Assembly: GCA_902625325.1 (NCBI GenBank)
Contig: CACOAW010000004.1
Coordinates: forward strand, 50,647-114,646
DNA: 64,000 nucleotides
Source: an uncultured Candidatus Poseidoniales archaeon
GTDB taxonomy: Archaea > Thermoplasmatota > Poseidoniia > Poseidoniales > Thalassarchaeaceae
Direction of reading: 5' to 3'
In this document: positions 19,202 to 29,016 of the stretch, in pieces
Position numbering within the stretch: position 1 is the first letter of the stretch
How the letters are laid out: each line of letters opens with the position of its first letter
Notes under the pieces: generated by a model
Database searches by the model: none
What the model saw: only the letters and a program-made list of their open reading frames with translations
Told to the model about the DNA's origin: nothing
Translations under genes and position numbers: made by a program

Positions 19202-19969
19202 ATGACGAAACAAGAAACTCCATCTGACTTGACGCCTTCTTCCCCAACGCTGATTGGTATTCAGGATGAAGTCAGAGAATACTTCGGTTGGACCGAGGAG
19301 GACGACAAAGATAGCGCAGTTTCAATGCTTCGAAAGGTCGAAGACTCAACCGTGGGGATCTGGGCCAGGCACAATAGAGATGCAACTCTATCGAAGATAT
19401 TTCGAAGAATCGTGATTAGGGAAGCGCGGGTAGCAATCCTCGGAGCAGCAGTAGAGCCAGATGAGATAGCCTCTATTCTGGACGGTCCAACGCTCATTGT
19501 AGCTGCAGATGGAGCGGTTGGAGCTATTTCAGAGATGCCCGCCTCACTTTCTGAGAAGGCATGGTCCCGCGTTGTGTGCATGGTTAGCGATGCCGACGGT
19601 GGAGAAGGGACCTATCAAGCAGTTAGGAGATCGATACCGTTCGTATTACACGCCCATGGAGACAATAGAGAAGACTGGGACGCCCTACTAGAATTGGCTG
19701 AGGAACAGACAAACCCTCCTGAGCTCGTCCTAACTCACCAAACGCAGAATCCAATCGGGGGGATGTACAATCCTGGTGGGTTTACTGATGGTGACCGCGC
19801 AGCATGCTTCTTGACCGCACTAGGGACGCGAAAAGAAAACATCAAGCTGCTAGGCACCAGATCGGATATTGTTGGCCGATGGTCAGGAGACACCGAGGAG
19901 TCCTCCAAGCTCCAGAAACTACAGTGGATGAAATCAATTCTCCAGATCCAAGGACTTTGGGACAGCTAG
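19202..19969 (+). CDS. mptE: 6-hydroxymethyl-7,8-dihydropterin pyrophosphokinase, archaeal MptE-like (DUF115)
   Basis: '[10 protein letters not shown]', 'VSDADGG', 'LHAHGDN', '[14 protein letters not shown]'. The track ORF from 18920 overlaps priL on the opposite strand; ATG 19202 is the preferred start. Confidence 0.65.
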   Translation: MTKQETPSDLTPSSPTLIGIQDEVREYFGWTEEDDKDSAVSMLRKVEDSTVGIWARHNRDATLSKIFRRIVIREARVAILGAAVEPDEIASILDGPTLIVAADGAVGAISEMPASLSEKAWSRVVCMVSDADGGEGTYQAVRRSIPFVLHAHGDNREDWDALLELAEEQTNPPELVLTHQTQNPIGGMYNPGGFTDGDRAACFLTALGTRKENIKLLGTRSDIVGRWSGDTEESSKLQKLQWMKSILQIQGLWDS

Positions 19970-21204
19970 ATTTCGAAACTTCCGACCTCTACAGTCGAGC
20001 CATTTGATTGAATAGATCCAGAGAACTGTTGCTTATCCCCGCCGTTGTTCACATTAACCTCGAACTGAACATCACCTTCTTCGCCTTCTGTTTCAAAGTG
20101 CCTTACAACCACTGAATAAGTCCCAGAAGGAGGGGAGGAACCCCATCTTATCTCTCTGGAACCGGACTCAGGGTCGTAACCCTCCATGTCGAATTTCCCT
20201 CCTCCCAAGCCCTCCGGATTGAAGAAAGACAACTCCTCCCCATTAGAATCAACTATTGAGAGCCCCAAGTCAGAACTACCTTCCCAGTTGAGAACCACTG
20301 ATGCACCGTCTTGAACCGTCCCCACCCTTCTCCTAAGTTCATCCACATCTCTAGCCTCGGTGAAATCCTCCTTTACTTCCTCAGTCAATTCCTCATCACT
20401 CACCGTAGGCTGAGGCACTTCTCCATCTGGACCAGCTATGGCGAACTTAGCGACGAATTGCAGGTCATTACTCTTGACAAGGGACCCCTCATAGAACCGT
20501 TTGCTCTCCCCAATTGTAAGGCTGACCGTGAAACCCGTCTCATTCTTTTTGTGCACCCTTCTTAGAAGAGGTAGCCATGAGAACAACCCCTTTGTATGGA
20601 TTTTGTAATGCCTGACTCCAACTCTATAGACTCCTGGAGGAGGAGTTTTCGTCCAGACAATATTCTCAACTGGGGATTTCGAAGTAGGCTTGAAGTTCAT
20701 GTCTACATCTAGCTCTCCACCGCAATTTGAAGTCCTATTATCGTGATAGATGTGCTCTCCAGATGGAGTGATTACATGTAGGTCGAGGTCATTCCAATTG
20801 TCCCACATCAGACTGATTTGGACAGAGCCCCTCTTTGCTCCCTCCCTCTCGAGCCTCTTCTCTAGTGCAGTAGCGCCCTTTTCTGATATCTCTGCTTCCT
20901 GCACTCCGGCACCAATTGCCTCCGCGCCCTCGCCTAGTGAACCTGATACGGTTGGAGTTCCAGATCGGTCTCTCCCCCTTCCCCTCCTCCTTCTTGATGT
21001 AGATCCTGCAAGAATCTCCTCTGGAACGTTCCTCCTTGTAGAAGGAAGTATTGTCCTCCTATTTTGTGAACGCAAAATTCGGAACAGGCCATTGAAGGTC
21101 GCTATCAGAATTAGTCCGATGACAACGAGGGATACAGCGTCCGCCACGTGACTGAACGTGAGCAGTGACTTTTCATAACATCGGTTGCAACCCAGACGAA
21201 CCAA
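19966..21204 (-). CDS. Membrane-anchored protein with two tandem DUF2135/YfaP-C-like repeats
   Basis: N-terminal TM '[15 protein letters not shown]', Arg-rich linker, then two about 75-aa repeats sharing W-x4-DL-x-L-x6-GE...GG-x-D...PP-x-G-x-Y-x-V-x-VRH. Confidence 0.5.
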   Translation of the reverse strand: MVRLGCNRCYEKSLLTFSHVADAVSLVVIGLILIATFNGLFRILRSQNRRTILPSTRRNVPEEILAGSTSRRRRGRGRDRSGTPTVSGSLGEGAEAIGAGVQEAEISEKGATALEKRLEREGAKRGSVQISLMWDNWNDLDLHVITPSGEHIYHDNRTSNCGGELDVDMNFKPTSKSPVENIVWTKTPPPGVYRVGVRHYKIHTKGLFSWLPLLRRVHKKNETGFTVSLTIGESKRFYEGSLVKSNDLQFVAKFAIAGPDGEVPQPTVSDEELTEEVKEDFTEARDVDELRRRVGTVQDGASVVLNWEGSSDLGLSIVDSNGEELSFFNPEGLGGGKFDMEGYDPESGSREIRWGSSPPSGTYSVVVRHFETEGEEGDVQFEVNVNNGGDKQQFSGSIQSNGSTVEVGSFEI

Positions 21205-21276
21205 GAAGCGTAATTATTTTCTCCGGTTGTTTCATATTGATGGTTAGTCTCCTCTACGAGGAGGGGAGCGGAAGCG

Positions 21277-24200
21277 ATGCTTACAGATTCTAGTCTAGAG
21301 TCCTCGAGAAACCTACATAGGACAACGAATACGGCTAGCAAGGCCACGATTCTAATCGCTCTACTTTTCCTCTCCCCCTTGCTCGCTGGTACTCCCATTG
21401 CTCCAGACCAAGAGAACCCAATGCCAAGCTCGACTCGTCAAATGAGCCCAGATGTGGTAGTAACCGATCTCGACGTCACCACACCCTCCGCTATTGTTGG
21501 AGGAACCCCTACCCTTGCTCCTGTTAATCACGTGATTATAGTCGGTACTACCAACCAGGGCGGGTCTGCTGCCGAAGGGAATGTCACACTCAAGGTTAAC
21601 GGGGTCGTCGTTGATAACAGGACTGCCACCATCGCTCCCGGCGGACAGGTAAACAGCGTGATGTACTGGGACGCCTCTATCCTATCCGGAACAGGGTATG
21701 AGATAACTGCGTCATGGGTCCCATCATCATCCTCATCCGACTCCGACTCGAGCAATAACCAGATGTCTCTATCTGGCGTCAGTGTCACAGAGGTGGAATC
21801 TGCCATTGATATCGCAGACTCCCTACCATCGGATGGATCTTCCCTCGCAAGAGCCCTCTGGGAAGGGGCAATCACTGTGGTCAACACGGGGAATCAACCA
21901 GTCGACGTCACAGCCCAGCTAACACTGACTCCTTCTCTGGGTGGTCCGAGCGTCTCCCTGTCCTCGAGTACAGAGCAATTACTTCCCGGGAGCCTTGCAG
22001 ACCCCCCAACTCCTGCTAACATCACGATATCGTTCGACGGCTCCAGTCTGGAAGGGGATTACACCCTAAGCGGCAGCCTACTTGTGTCGGGCTCTAGTCA
22101 GGGCTCGGTCACGATCGACTCCAGAATCGTTAGCTTCGTCGCCCTAAGGGCATCTCTCATACCAGCAAACAACCGGAACGTCGACCCAGGTTCGCAGGCA
22201 ACGCTGAACTTCATACTACAGAACTCTGGAACCGTTGAAGACAACTTCACCGTGACTCAAAGCAACAACTCCGATCCCGCTAACTACTGGGTAAATATCA
22301 CAGGCCAGATACATGACTCCAACAACCTACTCAATGTAGGCGCCCAGCAAACCCATGCAATCCAGATCCCGGTCGAAGTTCCTGCAGATGCCGCCAACGG
22401 AGACGCCGTAATAGTGACCGTGACTATTCAAAGCGACACAGCGGGATACGTGCTCACAGCCAGTACTATGGTGATGGCCGGGGGTACATTCAGCGCGGAG
22501 ATTTTCCAGAACCACAGCCATTCGATGGGCGAAAACTTCGCGAACATAACCCCCGGTTCCCCCAAAACCCTGCAATACACCCTGATGAACACAGGTACCG
22601 CGCCAGCCCAGTACCAGATCGATGTCGGAGCGACGGAATCGGTGCCGTACTGGATCATAGACTCACCTGTCACAATCACCGACGTCCTGCTGCCAAATGA
22701 GACCAGGACGCTTCCCGTAACAATCACCACTCCGGAGCTAGAGATGCCACTGAATCCGTCTTGGAAGGTCTCATCTATAGAACGAGTAGACCTGATGATA
22801 CAAGCAATACCACTACAGGGAGGAGTCCCAGCAGTCAACCAGACCACGCTAATGATAGACAGCGTTGTTGAGTTGGACATCTCCGTGACCAGTGAAATCG
22901 ATGATATCTCAGTCAATGACATCATGGGAGGTAATACCGACAGGTTCGTGGGCTTCGAAGTGACAATAGTTCACAATCTCGGCTCAAACAACACCTTGGC
23001 TCAAGTATCTCTCAGTGCCATGCCATGTACCTCTCTAGCGCCAACTACTGCCTCATCTGGCAGCCCTTGGACACAATCCACCTGTAGCAATGGGAAGGTC
23101 TTCCTTCAGGATACCCCGGCTGGCTCCAGTCTCATTGAGAATTCTCGTTGGACAGCTACGGTCCAGACCTCCTCCTCCTCCTCCTCCGCCTCGACCTTGG
23201 AACTCCTGCCTGGAGAGACCGGATACGGCATGGTGGGACTTAGCTTCGGCCCCACCCCAGATTTCCAGTACCCATCCGCAGGTCACCTCAACTTCTCGTT
23301 CATGGCGACCTCATCTTGGGCTGCGTTCTCCGGGGCAATTTCACGTAACGCCACAGCCACGGTTTCCATGTCAATAGCTGAAATCTGGTCGGCAGAGCTG
23401 ACTTCCTCAGGGGCAGCCAACGGGGACCCTGGGACTGCCATATCCTCTGAGGTGGTATTGGAGAACACAGGAAACGACCCAGCAAACTTCACCATAGGAT
23501 ACGTCCCGAAGCCTGGATGGACTATCACTCTGGGGTCCACCGCGGCGAACCTAGTACCCTCTATGACGAACCTGTACAATGATGGCTCATCAACCCAGAA
23601 CCAGCGGCCAATAACGGTCACTGCCACTCCTCCGGCCTCTGCAAGAGCGGATGAGACGCATCAGGTCTGGGTATACGCCAACTCCACGGAAACCGGAGAA
23701 CTGCTTGCATATGCCCCTGCCCTCTTCACTCTCACCGAAGTCATCTCGGCGGAACTCTACCCACCTACTTCTACGGCGGTAATCACCCCTTCCCCCTCAC
23801 TCGAGAGCAGAGTGGGTCAGAAGACCCTGATTGCCCTGCTCAATAACACCGGAAACAAGAACGTCACCTACAACCTGTCCCTAGACAATCTCGACGTGGA
23901 CAAGATCAGGGTCTGCTTCTCCGAGGAAATGCAGCCCTGTGTAACCGAATCCACACTGTTGGTACCGGCAGGGTCGCAGGGGATCGTCAGGATTTACTCC
24001 ACTGCCGGAGAGGACTCGAGAGCCGATGAAGACCAGACGTTCTTCCTGAATGCCTCCCACGACGGCCAGTTAATGTCTACGAGCGAATGGAAGGTGCAGG
24101 TTGCCCCTGATCACGCAATACTATTCATAGCTCCCACCGAAATGAAGGTAGCTCCGGGGAACACCCTCGACCTAGAAGTGGTTTTACGGAACGACGGCAA

Positions 24201-26475
24201 CCTCATGGAGACACTAAACCTAACGGTGACCTTCCCGGAGGGGATGACCAACTGGTCTTACCAGGTCAACGAATCCGGATTCACATTAGACCAGTATGAG
24301 TCTCGTACCATACTCCTTAGCATCACACTGCCCCCTCTCAGGGACGGGGACCAGATTCTCGTAGCCGACGTCATCCACAACCTAACCATGAGAGCGGTAA
24401 ACATCACCGACCCTTTCCCCACATGGCCTGCAACAACAATGGTCGATGGAGTGGCTCAACCCGTTCCACTGGCGGAGAGAGTCGCAATGGGCGGGGGCGT
24501 CCCAGCTGGTACTTCGACGCTCAAAATCAAGGTCCTCCCCGTCTTCGATGTGGAATTGACCAAGTCCCCACAGAGGATAGCAGTAGTCCCCGGGGTGGAC
24601 AGGTCAATCGAATTCGAAATGGAGAACAAGGGCAACGCACCGATCAACCTCACCATACAGTGGGAAACCATAGACATGGAACAGGACGATTCGAAGCCAG
24701 ATAGGTTCGAAGTCCGAAACTCGCTAGGCTCCACAAACCTGTACCTGCAGGTTGGGCAGACCAGCTCAATCACCTTCGAATTCGCAATGACACACAATGA
24801 CACGATTATGGGCGAACAAGGAACATTCATCCTGAAGAGAGTACCAGTGGACGTTGCGATGGAGACCCAGCAGAACTCCTTCCCGATCACCGTCGTCAGA
24901 GCCCAGACCGATGACACTTACACCCTGAGCGCCGATGCCGCCGGCCAGTACCAGTGCGAAAACAACGACGACCCGAATTGCAGGCAGATAGAGATACCAT
25001 GGGTGGACATAAACTACCGAGACAGCTCATTCGACCCAAGGTCCTACACACTGGCAATGAACGGGGATATGGACCCCTACGACGCATCAGCAGACCCCCC
25101 AGAACGCCTCGTGGACTCAGGCAGCTACCCCAAGGTACACTGGTGGCTATACGTCGATCACGACACCGATGCAGGCACTGCAAAGTGCGAACTAGCAGAC
25201 ATAGATGGGAAGGGAATCGCCGCCACGGATGCGACGGAAGAGACATGCAACTCGGATTGGGAACTCGACGCTACTACCCCCTATGAGGGAGGAAGCCCAG
25301 ACCCCGCTCACGGGGGCACCATCGTAATCCAGGTAATTATCCCCGAAAAGCAGCTTGACGGGGTTGCAGCGGGAGACGGATGGGATATCTACCTGCAACT
25401 AAGACACCCAGAGGAGCCCAAGACAACGGAGTACTCGACGGATCTGGTCGTCAAACTCAGGATGACAGAATCTACAGACCCTCTCGTGAACAGCATCACA
25501 TTCAGAGGAGAGGGTGTAGAGGGTGAGAGCACTTATATCGACGTTACCGTGATTAATGCAGGGTATGCAGTAATGCCAACACAGTCCCAACTGCACCTCG
25601 ACTGCTCTTCCACGCCTTACGCAGACGTAACGAACATGTTCGCATCGTACCCGATACCAGCCCTCGAGGCAAATGGGAACTTCACTGCTTCATGGGCCGT
25701 GGAACTAAACCCAATCCCATGGTACATGTCCTCAGAGACACTGACTTGCACCGCATACATCACCTATCCGGACATCATAATGCAGATGGGCGGAATCTTC
25801 GGCAACGTCGTAGAAAACGACGTCTTGACGGAGGACCTGGCAATCGAATCTTGGTCCACCCCAGCCGTAGAACTATCCGGATTCCAGCTCCCGTCTGCAC
25901 TCCTAATCGCAGCACTCCTACTCCTCTTGGCGGCATCGCTCATGAGACAGGGACTGGAAGAGCAAGAGAGCCGCCTGCACGCATCCTCTTACGTGGCAGC
26001 TATGGCATTCGGGGCCCTCTCGCTAACCGGCGCCTCCACGATCCTGTCACTCCTTTGCGCCCTAGCGTCCATCTCGTTCGCTGGGCTCGTGGCATGGCTG
26101 TCCTCCAGCGAGCTCCAGGCGATCCATGACGACAGGAAGAAGGCCAGGATCGGAACCATGGCACTGTTGGAGGATCACGACAAGGAGCAGCAGAATACCA
26201 GGAACGAGCTCCGTGCCATCATCTCCTGCTCTCCCTACGCCTTCCTTCCATTCGTACTGATATCACCGTCCCTCGCCATCGACCTGGGGGCATCGTCGCT
26301 GATGTCGATAATCGGATTCATGGTGGCATCGCCCATCCTCGTGCACCTCATCCTGAGATTCCTGGACAGCTCTTACGACAGGCTTTACAGCGAACTAGCT
26401 GACATAGAGCTCCGAGCTATCAGAATCAAGAAGATCCTAGGAAGGGCAGGCCAGAAGCCAGGAGGGAGGAACTGA
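21277..26475 (+). CDS. Giant (1732 aa) secreted, probably glycosylated cell-surface protein with multiple CARDB-like domains and a C-terminal 3-TM anchor
   Basis: N-terminal signal/TM 'ILIALLFLSPLLAGTPIAP'. At least 40 N-x-S/T sequons. Recurrent 'V/L-x-N-x-G-N/T-x-x-x-N-x-T-V' motifs (e.g. VVLENTGNDPANFTIG, EMENKGNAPINLTI). Three hydrophobic helices in the last 200 aa. Confidence 0.7.
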   Translation: MLTDSSLESSRNLHRTTNTASKATILIALLFLSPLLAGTPIAPDQENPMPSSTRQMSPDVVVTDLDVTTPSAIVGGTPTLAPVNHVIIVGTTNQGGSAAEGNVTLKVNGVVVDNRTATIAPGGQVNSVMYWDASILSGTGYEITASWVPSSSSSDSDSSNNQMSLSGVSVTEVESAIDIADSLPSDGSSLARALWEGAITVVNTGNQPVDVTAQLTLTPSLGGPSVSLSSSTEQLLPGSLADPPTPANITISFDGSSLEGDYTLSGSLLVSGSSQGSVTIDSRIVSFVALRASLIPANNRNVDPGSQATLNFILQNSGTVEDNFTVTQSNNSDPANYWVNITGQIHDSNNLLNVGAQQTHAIQIPVEVPADAANGDAVIVTVTIQSDTAGYVLTASTMVMAGGTFSAEIFQNHSHSMGENFANITPGSPKTLQYTLMNTGTAPAQYQIDVGATESVPYWIIDSPVTITDVLLPNETRTLPVTITTPELEMPLNPSWKVSSIERVDLMIQAIPLQGGVPAVNQTTLMIDSVVELDISVTSEIDDISVNDIMGGNTDRFVGFEVTIVHNLGSNNTLAQVSLSAMPCTSLAPTTASSGSPWTQSTCSNGKVFLQDTPAGSSLIENSRWTATVQTSSSSSSASTLELLPGETGYGMVGLSFGPTPDFQYPSAGHLNFSFMATSSWAAFSGAISRNATATVSMSIAEIWSAELTSSGAANGDPGTAISSEVVLENTGNDPANFTIGYVPKPGWTITLGSTAANLVPSMTNLYNDGSSTQNQRPITVTATPPASARADETHQVWVYANSTETGELLAYAPALFTLTEVISAELYPPTSTAVITPSPSLESRVGQKTLIALLNNTGNKNVTYNLSLDNLDVDKIRVCFSEEMQPCVTESTLLVPAGSQGIVRIYSTAGEDSRADEDQTFFLNASHDGQLMSTSEWKVQVAPDHAILFIAPTEMKVAPGNTLDLEVVLRNDGNLMETLNLTVTFPEGMTNWSYQVNESGFTLDQYESRTILLSITLPPLRDGDQILVADVIHNLTMRAVNITDPFPTWPATTMVDGVAQPVPLAERVAMGGGVPAGTSTLKIKVLPVFDVELTKSPQRIAVVPGVDRSIEFEMENKGNAPINLTIQWETIDMEQDDSKPDRFEVRNSLGSTNLYLQVGQTSSITFEFAMTHNDTIMGEQGTFILKRVPVDVAMETQQNSFPITVVRAQTDDTYTLSADAAGQYQCENNDDPNCRQIEIPWVDINYRDSSFDPRSYTLAMNGDMDPYDASADPPERLVDSGSYPKVHWWLYVDHDTDAGTAKCELADIDGKGIAATDATEETCNSDWELDATTPYEGGSPDPAHGGTIVIQVIIPEKQLDGVAAGDGWDIYLQLRHPEEPKTTEYSTDLVVKLRMTESTDPLVNSITFRGEGVEGESTYIDVTVINAGYAVMPTQSQLHLDCSSTPYADVTNMFASYPIPALEANGNFTASWAVELNPIPWYMSSETLTCTAYITYPDIIMQMGGIFGNVVENDVLTEDLAIESWSTPAVELSGFQLPSALLIAALLLLLAASLMRQGLEEQESRLHASSYVAAMAFGALSLTGASTILSLLCALASISFAGLVAWLSSSELQAIHDDRKKARIGTMALLEDHDKEQQNTRNELRAIISCSPYAFLPFVLISPSLAIDLGASSLMSIIGFMVASPILVHLILRFLDSSYDRLYSELADIELRAIRIKKILGRAGQKPGGRN
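23170..23187 (+). repeat. (TCC)6 microsatellite encoding Ser6 inside the giant surface-protein gene
   Basis: Read directly: tcc x6 in frame (VQTSSSSSSAS). Confidence 0.9.
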
Positions 26476-26476
26476 G

Positions 26477-27520
26477 ATGGCACGGACGAAGGCACCCGCG
26501 ACGGGAGGGGCCGAGGCCACTCTCAAGCGGATAGACTACATCGAGGAAGAGGCCGAGAATATCCAATTCGCAATCTGGGCGAACAGGCCCATCGGCGCCA
26601 GAAAGATGCTCAGGGAACTATCGAAGGAGGTCGAGGAGGCAGAAGGCCAGATCATGGACCTCTACAGGGCGCTATCATCGCTAGAGCGATCCCTCGAGGA
26701 GCTCGAACAGATGTCAGAGGGCGATCGCAGCGCATGGGATCTGACGATGCTAGGCCTGCAGCACCTCAGGGAGGGGAACTGGGGGGCAGCAGCAGATTGC
26801 GTAGAGGGCGCAGTCGCATCCATGGGCAAAGACGGACTCGAGAGGTCACTGAACACCCTTGGAAGGCACCTCAACGAGATGGGTGAGCTCAGCGACACAG
26901 AGGACATCGCACTCACGCTGGTCAACCAGGGCAAGGATGCGCTCGACTCCGACCTCGCCTCCGCGGCAAAGGCGTTCGAGGACGCAATCAGCGCACTCGG
27001 CCCAGTCGCAGTCAACGAGGCTGCCAGCCCCTTCCTCGTAAACAGCTTCTTCCTCTCTATAGGGACCACATGGCCCGAGGGCAAGGACCACGCCCTGATG
27101 GTGATCACACTGGAGAACACAGGGGAGAACAACATCTCCACCATGAGGCTTGCCCCGCCAATACCGTACGGGTGGTCTGCCACTCCGAAGATGTGCGAGA
27201 TCCCCGAGATACCCCCAGATGGCTTCATCGAGATCGGGATCGAGATCAGGCCATCCGGATCCTTCCCCGCCACAGCACTCCTCGGTAGCAGCCTGAACAT
27301 CACTACCGGATACGACGTAGAGTACGGGAGCCTCAGGGTCCAAACAAGGGTCGAGAACAGGACTCCGAACACCATGCAGGGGCTCCTGTTGGATCCATGG
27401 ATGCCAGAGGGCTTCGAGACGATGAGACTACCACTCGTGGAGAACCTCGGGCCAGGGGACGTCGTCCACGTTCCTATCGAGGTGCTGAACCTGCGCGAGG
27501 CAGTAGGAGTAGGATCCTGA
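26477..27520 (+). CDS. Hypothetical coiled-coil protein with C-terminal CARDB-like domain, translationally coupled to the giant gene
   Basis: ATG lies 1 nt after the TGA of the upstream gene, with a GGAGGGAGG run just before. N-terminal heptad-like region; C-terminal 'VITLENTGENNIST' matches the giant-protein repeat motif. Confidence 0.5.
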   Translation: MARTKAPATGGAEATLKRIDYIEEEAENIQFAIWANRPIGARKMLRELSKEVEEAEGQIMDLYRALSSLERSLEELEQMSEGDRSAWDLTMLGLQHLREGNWGAAADCVEGAVASMGKDGLERSLNTLGRHLNEMGELSDTEDIALTLVNQGKDALDSDLASAAKAFEDAISALGPVAVNEAASPFLVNSFFLSIGTTWPEGKDHALMVITLENTGENNISTMRLAPPIPYGWSATPKMCEIPEIPPDGFIEIGIEIRPSGSFPATALLGSSLNITTGYDVEYGSLRVQTRVENRTPNTMQGLLLDPWMPEGFETMRLPLVENLGPGDVVHVPIEVLNLREAVGVGS

Positions 27521-27608
27521 TCTTCCCACCAGAACAGGATAATCAAGCACATTTTCCAGTAATATCATAAATGATTAGCATTCACAGGGGGGCACGGGTG
27601 AACACGCA
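27521..27608 (+). promoter_or_regulatory. Putative archaellin promoter (TATA-like 'atcataaatgatt' at about 27564-27576)
   Basis: AT-rich element about 35-45 nt upstream of the flaB1 ATG in an otherwise GC-rich context. Confidence 0.3.
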
Positions 27609-28289
27609 ATGAGCGAAGAATACCAGACAGTAGAAAGAAATCGAGAGGAAGGCTCGATCGGTATCGGTGCGATGATCGTCTTCATCGCCCTGATCCTAGT
27701 AGCCGCAGTGGCGTCGACGATCATAATCAAGACTGCCGAAGAGCTGCAGCAGAACGCCGAGTCGACCAGTGACGACACGAGAAAGGAGATCTCAGGAAAG
27801 GTGAACATTATCCAGATACTCGTTAATGGAACAGGGACACATGACCTCGACTCACTCATCGTCACTGCCAAGATCGCATCAGGATCGACCGATGTGCAGG
27901 TCCAGGACATAGACTGGGTAGTCGTCTGCGGAGGTGCGAACGGATTTGGTCTCGTAACTGGAAACCTCGGGACCACGGACCCATCTGGCGGTGCCCTAGC
28001 CGCACCTGAGTCTGTGAATGCGGACCGACTGGACGGCTCTGACTACGAGGCCACCTCGGAGCTAACGGCAGGAACCACCTTCAAGTTCGACATCGACCTA
28101 GACAAGAACACCGCCGCCCCCAACACAGCCAGCGATGGCAACGATGCCCTCGATGCAGGCGAAGGAGCATGCAACGCATCAGCAGGAGTCGGTGAGACGC
28201 TGGAGTTGAAGATGATAGTAGACGGCGGAGGGACGACAATATCAGAACTCCAAATCGAATCAATAACTTCAGGTAAGGAGGTGACCTGA
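27609..28289 (+). CDS. flaB: Archaellin (archaeal flagellin) FlaB/ArlB, copy 1
   Basis: Class III signal/N-terminal domain 'EGSIGIGAMIVFIALILVAAVASTIIIKTAEELQQNAE'; 226 aa. Confidence 0.9.
   Translation: MSEEYQTVERNREEGSIGIGAMIVFIALILVAAVASTIIIKTAEELQQNAESTSDDTRKEISGKVNIIQILVNGTGTHDLDSLIVTAKIASGSTDVQVQDIDWVVVCGGANGFGLVTGNLGTTDPSGGALAAPESVNADRLDGSDYEATSELTAGTTFKFDIDLDKNTAAPNTASDGNDALDAGEGACNASAGVGETLELKMIVDGGGTTISELQIESITSGKEVT
27648..27764 (+). repeat. Conserved 5' segment of tandem archaellin paralogues (copy 1)
   Basis: About 85% nucleotide identity to 28327-28443. Confidence 0.7.
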
Positions 28290-28290
28290 A

Positions 28291-28965
28291 ATGGTCAACG
28301 AACAACTAAGTCCAGACAGGAGGGACGAGGGATCAATCGGTATCGGAGCGATGATCGTCTTCATCGCACTGATTCTAGTGGCCGCTGTGGCATCTACGAT
28401 AATCATCAAGACGGCGGAGGAGCTGCAGCAGAATGCAGAGAACACCAGTTCTGACACCAGGCAGCAGATTTCTGGAAAGGTCTCAATTGCTGACGTGTAC
28501 GTAAAGACCGTAGCAGACGCTTTGGGTGCTGGAGCTGGCGACACCGACGTTGCCACTATGGAGGTAATTGCAAGGATTTCATCCGGTTCTCTGAACGTGC
28601 AGGAAGACGACATCAAATACTACGTATCCTGCAAGGTGACTTACAGCGATGCGTCTAAAACATTCGCGACAGTAGACTCAGGCACTGCAGATTCCAAAGA
28701 GCTGGACGGAACTGACATCACATCCGGAACCGAGATTACAGCGGGAACCACGTTCAAGTTCGAGATAGACCTTGCAGCGACCAACGTTGATGCTACAGAC
28801 ACTACAATAGACGATGACGACTTCGCCACTGCAACTCCTCCCGGATGCGATGCAGAGGCAGGAGCTGGAGAGGAACTCGAGCTGAGGGTAGTCGTCGATG
28901 GCGGTGGAGAGACACTAGCGAATCTGAAGATAGAGTCGATCACACTCGGCAAGTCGATGATGTGA
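28291..28965 (+). CDS. flaB: Archaellin FlaB/ArlB, copy 2
   Basis: Same N-terminal 38 aa as copy 1, with a divergent C-terminal variable domain; 224 aa. Starts 2 nt after copy 1. Confidence 0.9.
   Translation: MVNEQLSPDRRDEGSIGIGAMIVFIALILVAAVASTIIIKTAEELQQNAENTSSDTRQQISGKVSIADVYVKTVADALGAGAGDTDVATMEVIARISSGSLNVQEDDIKYYVSCKVTYSDASKTFATVDSGTADSKELDGTDITSGTEITAGTTFKFEIDLAATNVDATDTTIDDDDFATATPPGCDAEAGAGEELELRVVVDGGGETLANLKIESITLGKSMM
28327..28443 (+). repeat. Conserved 5' segment of tandem archaellin paralogues (copy 2)
   Basis: See 27648-27764. Confidence 0.7.
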
Positions 28966-29016
28966 GCCCACGACAGCGAGGGAAAACTATCGGAGATGGC
29001 GAAATGAGGTGCACCA

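Noticed and set aside
22327-26129. Many antisense/alternate-frame ORFs within the giant surface-protein gene (e.g. 22428-22925 -, 24456-24917 -, 24954-25286 +, 25692-26129 +), including a poly-Gly run at 23053-23286
   Set aside because: GC-rich coding sequence generates long stop-free alternative frames. The products are R/G/P-rich low complexity, and the sense frame has coherent domain motifs.
27575-28616. Antisense ORFs 27575-27976 and 28269-28616 mirroring the two archaellin genes
   Set aside because: They are the reverse complements of the conserved archaellin N-terminal regions; the archaellin frames carry unmistakable signatures.
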